A stretch of 64,000 bases of DNA from the human T2T-CHM13v2.0 reference genome, Homo sapiens, in NCBI RefSeq assembly GCF_009914755.1, contig NC_060947.1; one strand, given 5' to 3'. The notes beneath the pieces are model-generated. The model ran no database searches. It saw only the letters and a list, made by a program, of their open reading frames with translations, and was not told the origin of the DNA. The position numbers and the translations under genes were made by a program. Shown here piece by piece: positions 56,345 to 64,000 of the stretch (position 1 is its first letter; each line of letters starts with the position of its first letter).

Positions 56345-56763
56345 TGTATTCTGCCATTCTTGAGTTGCTATAAAGAAATACCTGAGGCTGGATAATTTAT
56401 AAAGAAAAGATGTTTAATTGTCTCACAGTTCTGCAGGCTGTACAGGGAGCATACTGCTGACATATGCTTCTGGTGAGGGCTTCAGGAAACTTACAATCAT
56501 GGCAGAAGGTGAAGGGGAGCCAATATATCACATGGCAAGATGAGGAACAAGAGAGTGAGGGGCAGGGAAGGTCCCAGCCTTTTAAACAACCAGATTTCGT
56601 GTGAACTCAGTGATAACTCACTTGTCACCAAGGGGATGGCGCTAAACCAATCATAGGAGATCCATCCCCATAATCTAATCACCTAGCACCAGGTCCCACA
56701 TCCAACAGTGGGAATCACATTTTAACATGAGATTGGAAGAGGACAAACATCCAAACTGTATCA
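56345..56763 (-). mobile_element. MSTB-like solo LTR in old L1M sequence
   Basis: gctataaagaaatacctgaggctgg...acatccaaactgtatca. TSD gttca/gtcca. Confidence 0.9.
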
Positions 56764-56974
56764 GTCCATTCAACATGTTCAGTCTTTCCTCTACCCCAGT
56801 GAGTGCTAATTATTTTTGTATTTCTATAATTTTACTTGAGGCTTGCTCTATGCTGCAGTTAGGTTACTTGGAAAAGTTTGATACTTTTGTGTGTTGCTTA
56901 GGAAACATTAGTTCTAGAACAATGCTAACCTGGGGCTAACTATTCCTTACTACTAAAACGAGACCTTCTTCTGG

Positions 56975-57754
56975 ACTTTGGTCGCACAAATCCATGGCTG
57001 GGCTCAGCTTTAAAAAGCCTTGAGATTCCTCTTATGGAACAAAGTTCCATCAAAGCCAATTTAAAAGCCTATGTAAAAAATTATTCTTCCTGCACTGTAC
57101 ACAAATAATTAGGCCAAGTATAATAAAGCAAACCAGTCCTACCATGACTAGTCTTTAGTAAAAATGGGAAACTGGGGAGAGAAAAAATTATGTTTCAAAA
57201 GTACAGGAGACTTGTTGTTAGATTCTAGTCTTCCCTAATGTTTCATTCAATTTTTATTATTTTCTACAGCTTGGACCAAATTCTAATTTTTCTTGGCTAC
57301 AAGTCTTCAAAATAATGTTTTCAATTTCTTTTCTTCTTTTTTTCCCCCATTTTTCCTAATTTGGAATCACTGAAAACTAAGCTGTGCTTTCTTAAAATCT
57401 TGCGAACTGAAGCCAGACAAGTTAAACTTCAGCAGAAAATAACAGCAACCTATTTACATACATAAGCCACTTTCATACCTGCCTACTAATGTATGGGCTT
57501 CAGAGTAATATGCCCTATATCAATTTTTCCAAGATTTTTTGTTTGTTTGTTGTTGTTGTTTCTCCCTTCCTCCTCCCTATTTTACCTTCACAGAACATGA
57601 GACTTCACAACCTGCTAATGATGAGCTTTTGGGACCTCCCCATCTAGGCATAAACCATCGTAGCCATGAGAGATCAGATGAAACCTGAGACCAGAGACTC
57701 ATTTTCTTGTAAAATTCTTTCTCCACAAAATTTTTTAAAAGAAAAGGGGGGAAA
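56975..57754 (+). mobile_element. MER4-int 3' internal sequence with polypurine tract
   Basis: Ends aaaagaaaaggggggaaa immediately before the LTR TG. Confidence 0.75.
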
Positions 57755-58215
57755 TGTGAAAGGAAAATAGTTCGGGATCCCAAAATCATTAAGGAAAACT
57801 CAAGCTGGAAACTGCTTAGGGCAAACCTACCTATCATTCTATTCAAAGCCACCCCTCTGCTCTCTGAGATAGTTGCATATTGGATTGCCTCCTTTGGAAA
57901 GGCTAACCAGAAACTCAAAAGAATGTAACTGTTTGTGTACCACCTATCTGTGACCTGGAAGCTCCCTCCCTACTTGGAGTCTTTTTGCCTTTGCTTCAAG
58001 TCGTCCCTCCTTTTCAGACTGTACCAATGTACTTTTTACATATATTGATTGATGTCTCATGTCTCCGTAAAATGTATAAAACCAAGCAGTGCCCTGACCA
58101 CCTTGGGCAGATGTTGTCAGCACTTCCTGAGGTTGTGTCATGGGTGCATCCTCATCCTTTGCAAAATAAACTTTCTAAATTAACTGAGACCTGTCTCGGA
58201 TTTTCTGGGTTCACA
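57755..58215 (+). mobile_element. MER4A-like 3' LTR
   Basis: tgtgaaaggaaaata...aataaactttctaaattaactgagacctgtctc...ggttcaca. Confidence 0.9.
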
Positions 58216-61200
58216 GTAGGATATGTTCACCAGATATATTATTTTAGGGTAAAAGTTTTCTTCCTTCAGCACTTTAAATATGTTCTCTCTCTCTCTCCTA
58301 GCCTGTAACACTTTTATTAGGAAGTCTGCTGCCAGATGTATTGGAACTCCATTGTATGTTATTTGCTTATTTTCTTTTGCTGATTTTAGCATCCCTTCTT
58401 TATCCTTGACCTTTTGGAGTTTGATTATTAAATTCCTTGATGTAGTTTTCTTTGGGTTAAATCTGCTTGGTGTTCCATAATCATCTTGTACTTGAATATT
58501 GATATCTTTCTCTATGTTTGGGATGTCCTCCTATTTTATTTCTTTGAATAATTTTTCTACCCCATCTCTTTCTCTACCTCCCGTTTAAGGTGAATAACTC
58601 TTAGATTTGCCCTGTTGAGGCTATTTTCTAAATCTTTTCATTGTGCTTCACTTTTTATTCTTTTTTGTTTTGTCTCCTCTGAGTGTGTATTTTCAAATAG
58701 CCTGTCTTCAAGCTCTTGATTTTTTTCTTCTGCTTGACCCATTCTGCCAATAAAGGATCCTGATGCATTCTTCAGTATGTCAATTTGCCAATTCAGTAAG
58801 ATTCTTTTAAATTATTTCAATGTCTTTGTTAAGTTTATCTGATAGGATTCTGAGTTTCTCTGTGTTATCTTGAATTTATTTGAGTTTCCTCAAAACAGCT
58901 ATTTTGAATTCCCTATCTGAATGGCCACATTTATCTGCCTCTCTGAAATTTGTGCCTGGTGTATTATTTATTTCATTTGGTGAGGTCGTGTTTTCCTGGA
59001 TGGTCTTGATGCTTGTGGATGTTCCTCAGTGTCTGGGCACTGAAGAGTTAGGTACTTATTGTAGTCTTGTCAGTGTGGGCTTGTTTAGATACATCCTTGT
59101 TGGGAATGTTTTCCAGGTATTCAAAGGGACTTAAGTGTTGTGATCTAAAATTTTGGTCACTGCCCCATATTTGTGTTAGAGGGCACCCCAAGCCCAGCAA
59201 TGCTTTAGTTCTTGCAGACTCAGTGTTATCACCTTTATGGTCCTTGATAACATTTGGAAAAATTCTCTGGATTACCAGGCAGGGACTCTTGTTCTCTTCC
59301 CTTACTTTCTCCCAAACAAATTGAGTCTCCCCCTTTCTCTATGTTCTGAGCTGGCTGGAACAAGGGTAGGGTAACACAAACACCCCTATGGCCACAACCA
59401 CTGAAACTGTGCTGGGTCAGACCTGAAGTGAACACAGCACTAGGTCTCTCCCAAGGCCGACTGTAACCACTACTTAGCTGTCTCCTCTGTTCGCTCAAGG
59501 CCCTAAGCCTCTACAATCAGAAGGTGGCAAAGTCAGCCAGTCTTATGTCCTTGTCTTCAGGGTGGTTAGTTACCCTGTTTCTCAGGCAGATCTAGATATG
59601 TTGTTAAGGACTCAGGTTCTGTAGTTGGAAACCTTAGGAATCTACCTGATGCTCCTTTCTACTGTGGCTAAGCTAGCACTAAATCCACAGGACAAAGTCC
59701 TTCCTACTCTTTCCTCCCCTTTACACAGGCAGAGAAGACTCTCCTAATGTCCATCATCAGCACAGGTCCATGGGGATTACCGTCAGGCTACCACTCACAT
59801 TCATTTAATGCCCAAAGGCTCTTCAGTCAACTTGTGGTGAATGCTGCCAGACTTGGGACTCACCCCTCAGGGAAGTGAGATCTCCTTTGTCCCAGGGTCA
59901 GTTCAGAGATGCCATCTGTAAGGTTCTTATATTGGTTTGAATCCTGAGAGCGCGCCAACAGACAACACCAGGCGGTTTGGAGCAACACGCTGTTTTAATG
60001 AGCACCTGGGTGCAGGAGGGCTGAGGCCTAAAATGGCATCAGCCCCAAAAGAGGACTGGACAGGGGTTTATAGTCCTTTGTAAACAGGAAGTGTCCCAGT
60101 CTGACGTGACTGCTACATAGTACCCAAACAGCCTCTTTCTCCATCTTCTGGGGTATGTGTCTTCCGGCCAGGGTAGGTGTCTTCCGGCCGGCTCTCTTCT
60201 TGCTTCTGTTATCTTGCTGATGCACGCTGCTGGTGCAAGTGGCCTTGCGCCTTGGGACTGGGCCTGAGAAGGGAGTGAGTTACTTATCTCTTCAAGCTTT
60301 CAGGCCCTGGGGAGAATCTTTCACCATCCAAAAGCCAAGCCCTGGAATCAGGGACACCAGAACCTACTTGGTGCTCTTCCCCCTGTGGCCGAGCTGTTTC
60401 TTAAGCTATAAGGTAAAGTTCCTTTTATTCTTTTCTCTCCTCTTCTCAAGCATAAAGAGTCTCTTCTCATAGCCACCACACTTATGAATATGCTGGGTCA
60501 CACTTGAAGCCAGCATGTCTCAGAGTCTCGCCCAAGGCCCATAGCGTGTACTGCCTGGGTACTGCTGTTGATTATTCAGGACCCATGGGCTCTTTAGTCA
60601 GCAAATAATGTATTCTGCTGAGAATGGGTTCTTCCCTTCAAGGCAGCAGGTTCCTTTCTGGCTCAGGGTCTGTCTAGAAATGTCCAGAAGCTACAACTTG
60701 AAATGGGGGTCTCATGACTCTGACCAGTGCCCTACTCTTTTGTGGCTAAGCTGGTATCCAAGTTGCAAGACAAAGTCCTCTTTACTCTTACCTCTCCTCT
60801 CCTCTCCTCAAATGGAAGGTAGAGGTCTCTTTCAAAGCTGCAAGCTGTGCTACCTGTGGTGGGAAGAAGGGTGATGCAAGCACTCTTTGAGCCATTCTGG
60901 CTGGCGTCTCATTAAGTCATGTGCCCCCAATTCCACTGGCTCTACAAGCCCAGCATAGAACTAGGATTTACCTAGAAGTTTCAGTCCTTATGGCCTAGAC
61001 TGCCTTTCAAGGTTTTTTTTTAGGATCCCAGACCACTATAGCCCACGGTTGCAAGGCTTGCTGAAACTCAAAAGTTCTGACCACTGGGATGGGTGACTCC
61101 TTCTCACTAGGGCTGGTCTAAATGCTCTCTCCATGGGTGTTGGCTGAGTTCTACCTAATGTTGACGAGACTGATTTATAATGCAAAGTCCCACAATTGCT

Positions 61201-61478
61201 GTTCTTTCGCTCCCCCAAGCCACAGATTCTCTCTCTGTGCCACACAGCTACTGCTGGCAAATGGGAATGAGGTGGTGTTGGTAATTCAAGACTGTCTTTT
61301 CTACCCTATTCGGTGCCCCTTTCAGTGATATGAATTTAAAACCAGCTACTGTAATCACTCACCTGGTTTTTGGTTCTTACGAAGGTGCCTTTTTTGGTGT
61401 AGATAGTTGTTAAATTTGGTGTTCCTGTGGAGAGGACAATTGGTGGGGGCTTCTATTTGGCCATCTTGCTCCAACTCC
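58216..61478 (-). mobile_element. L1M/L1MA 5'UTR and ORF1
   Basis: ORF1 peptide LKSAKENKQITYNGVPIHLAADF...LQARRE. 5' end gagcaagatggcc. The UTR is homologous to 3546-5221. Confidence 0.9.
59917..60323 (-). mobile_element. Solo LTR, probably ERVL class (family uncertain), inserted in the L1 5'UTR
   Basis: TG...CA ends and a perfect 5-bp TSD ccatc (59912-59916, 60324-60328). Minus-strand TATAAA near 60070 and ATTAAA near 59995. Confidence 0.88.
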
Positions 61479-61559
61479 TGTCACTCTTATTGTGTGCCCT
61501 TTGGTTGCAAAAGTCATTCCTAATGGAAGACCGAGTTTGCAATGGTTCCTTTTTGGGAG

Positions 61560-61760
61560 CAATCAACTAGAACCCTCATATGCTGCTGATGAGAATATAA
61601 AATAGTATAATCACTTAAGAAAGATGTTTGGCAGTTTCTTGTAAACTTTAGAGTCCAATTACTGTATAGTCCAGCCATTCTATTCTTAGGTATTTATCAA
61701 AGATAATTAACAGCATGTGTGTCTACATATGCCAAATACATGCATGTTAATTATACTTCA
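61560..61760 (+). mobile_element. Old L1M ORF2 3' fragment
   Basis: ctagaaccctcatatgctgctgatgagaat...tttggcagtttctt...ttaggtatttatc. Confidence 0.7.
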
Positions 61761-63824
61761 AAAATTATGTATTAAAATGAACATAAGACAAAATAAATGC
61801 ATCTTTCAATGAGCAGAAACATAAATGATAATATACTGTCTGTGAAACACTGTGAACATCATTTTCCCAAACCTTGCCACAGCCACTAAAGGCAAAGCCC
61901 ATGAGTATAACTCAGCTATGACTGAATTCCTGTGTATATGCCTCACACCACTTTTATTCTCAAACCATACTCAGTATTTCACTGTTTCTTAAAAGAAAAT
62001 GATTAAATTTTATAACTCATTAGAAAGTGTTTTTTTCACTAAAGATATTATATTAGACATAGTCAAAGTTTACCACACAATATAACTTTATTAAAGTTAC
62101 TTTATACTTGGCATTTTCCCCCTAATGTTTCTTACAATATGTGAGCTACCTCCTTTGACTTTTTGTTTCTCCACATGCCTCTAACCCCACTCTGGTTTTT
62201 GAGCCATCCAGCAATGGCCCTTAGATTGCATAAATCATTCAAAAAGTAAAAGTTCCTAATTAGTTGATTTCACTGCTATTTTGATGAAAGCTTATTCACA
62301 GCATCCACTGTTCCTCCAAAATGCTCCTTGAGCATCTAATTAACTTTGCTATGTATTCACTCTCTCATCCCCAAAATACCCTTCACAAACAGGTATGATT
62401 CCAATAACAGGACATGAGATTTTCATTACATCACTTTTTAAAGCTGTCTCTTTATAATTATTGTTCCGTGGCAATTGTTTGCGTTGTTTGTAAGTTATTT
62501 GTATGTATGCCAACATTAATTCTCTTTAATTTTCTGAAAAAATCAATTGCTCTAACAAATATTAATAATTCACTGCCTAGAATAATTAAAAGAACCATCT
62601 ACAGAGAAACTATGAACTTATTTGAGGAGAATGCGCACCACATATATGTTTCTTTTAATGTAGTAGTGGTATTATTCCTGGAATAATAACTGTGATTTAA
62701 AGAAGATTTTGCTTATGTTACAATATTTTTCTCAGGATTTCTTTAAAAATTAAACTTTTTTTTGGTGCTATCTATTAACTATCTGCTAGAATCAAGGCCT
62801 TAGCAGTCTCATAGCTACTTTTCATGAGTTGTTTTTCCCAATATCATGCAGCTTCAGAGTGGAAGGCTATGCAATCTATAAAAAGACATATGATTTTAAT
62901 CTTGATAGAATTTAAGGTACGTAGAGTGTGTTTTTATGGCAATAATCTTTCCACTGTTATTTCTCTACTTGACCCATTTGTGCTAGTGAAAATCACGGGT
63001 CTTAGTTTACAATAAATTACTTGCTAATCTAAATGTCAATGGGGAACTACTGTGATTTAGAACTGTAATCTCATTAATTTATTTCGTGGATCAGTGTTTA
63101 TAGGGTCCTTTCAATGGAGGGCAAGACAATGAACTATGGCGATTGGGGTATAACCTTTGAACACCAGAAGACCTGACAGGATTATACAACAGAAAATTGA
63201 ATGTCATTTAGAAAACTGCTTGGACAGTTTTAGATCTTATTATTATGCTAAAAGATGAAAGAAGTAAAAAAAAAAAAGATCTACTGTACACCATTTTATA
63301 TCCTTAGCATGCATGCTTCAGGATCATTATCTTGCACCAAATAAACCTCTGGGCTACTGGGTTTCCTGAAGGTATTTGAACAAGGATGTAACCTCCCAGG
63401 TACTTCTTATTTATATAATCTTTATTGGCCATGTAAGGTCAGTAAAGCTGATGTCAATGCTGATTCAGTAACATTTGAAAGTTTCCAGTAAACTACAATT
63501 AAAGATTCAAAAATTTTTATTAATGTCTTTTTTAATATTAGTCAGTGTCAAAGATGAGATATTCTATTTGAGTAATTACTAGTATCTTAGAGTAAGGTAG
63601 TATTGAATAAGTAGAACTATTTTCAACTTTCAAACATTGATCAACTTTATTTTATTTTGACTTTCCAAAAATGTGGTATAAAATGTAATCCTGAAAAAAA
63701 AATACTCCCCAATCATACATATTCCTCAATACCACTGTCATGTCTGGCAAGTAGGAGGTCATTGGTAGTCTTTGAATGCATATATATATAGTTTCAATTA
63801 TCACCTTTTATGTAAATGACTGCT

Positions 63825-64000
63825 AACCCTCTCATCAATTTCCAGTAAAATGGCCTCACTTACCTAAAAGACATCTTCACTTGGATGTTTTGTTAGCTCA
63901 ACTCAACATATCTAAAAATTAAATTGAATTTGCTTTATTCTTTTCTCTTCAATTGGCTCACTTTCCTATTGTTGTTAGTGTTATTACCATCCTCAGTTAG
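63825..64000 (+). mobile_element. L2 fragment
   Basis: gacatcttcacttggatgt...ctcaactcaacatatctaaaa. Confidence 0.65.

Overview
This window is primate (simian, most plausibly human or ape) genomic DNA. It is AT-rich and CpG-poor, and well over half of it is interspersed repeat: LINE-1 of many ages (L1PA4-like to L1ME-like), Alu, MIR, L2, ERV1/ERVL/MaLR LTR elements and the DNA transposons Tigger1, Tigger3 and MER1B. I find no host protein-coding gene, RNA gene, CRISPR array or intact retroelement. The ORF track is explained by decayed L1 ORF1/ORF2, THE1-int, Alu or chance frames, so this looks like gene desert or a large intron. I did not find a new biological system. The real signals are mechanistic fossils: (1) a decayed ERV1 provirus (LTR, His-like PBS, gag) split by an L1 that lacks ORF1 and most of ORF2 but keeps its TSDs; (2) a 48-bp piece of that LTR copied into the adjacent Tigger1; (3) three 5'-inverted L1s, one apparently with a target-site deletion; (4) a ~100-bp L1 carrying a candidate 11-nt 3' transduction; (5) a long antisense frame in an old L1 5'UTR that contains an ORF0-like segment; (6) an L1MB > Tigger3 > full THE1D nest; and (7) a candidate CTCF site and candidate non-coding exons. 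Subfamily names come from recalled consensus sequences and need RepeatMasker/Dfam confirmation. Boundaries of old repeats are approximate.
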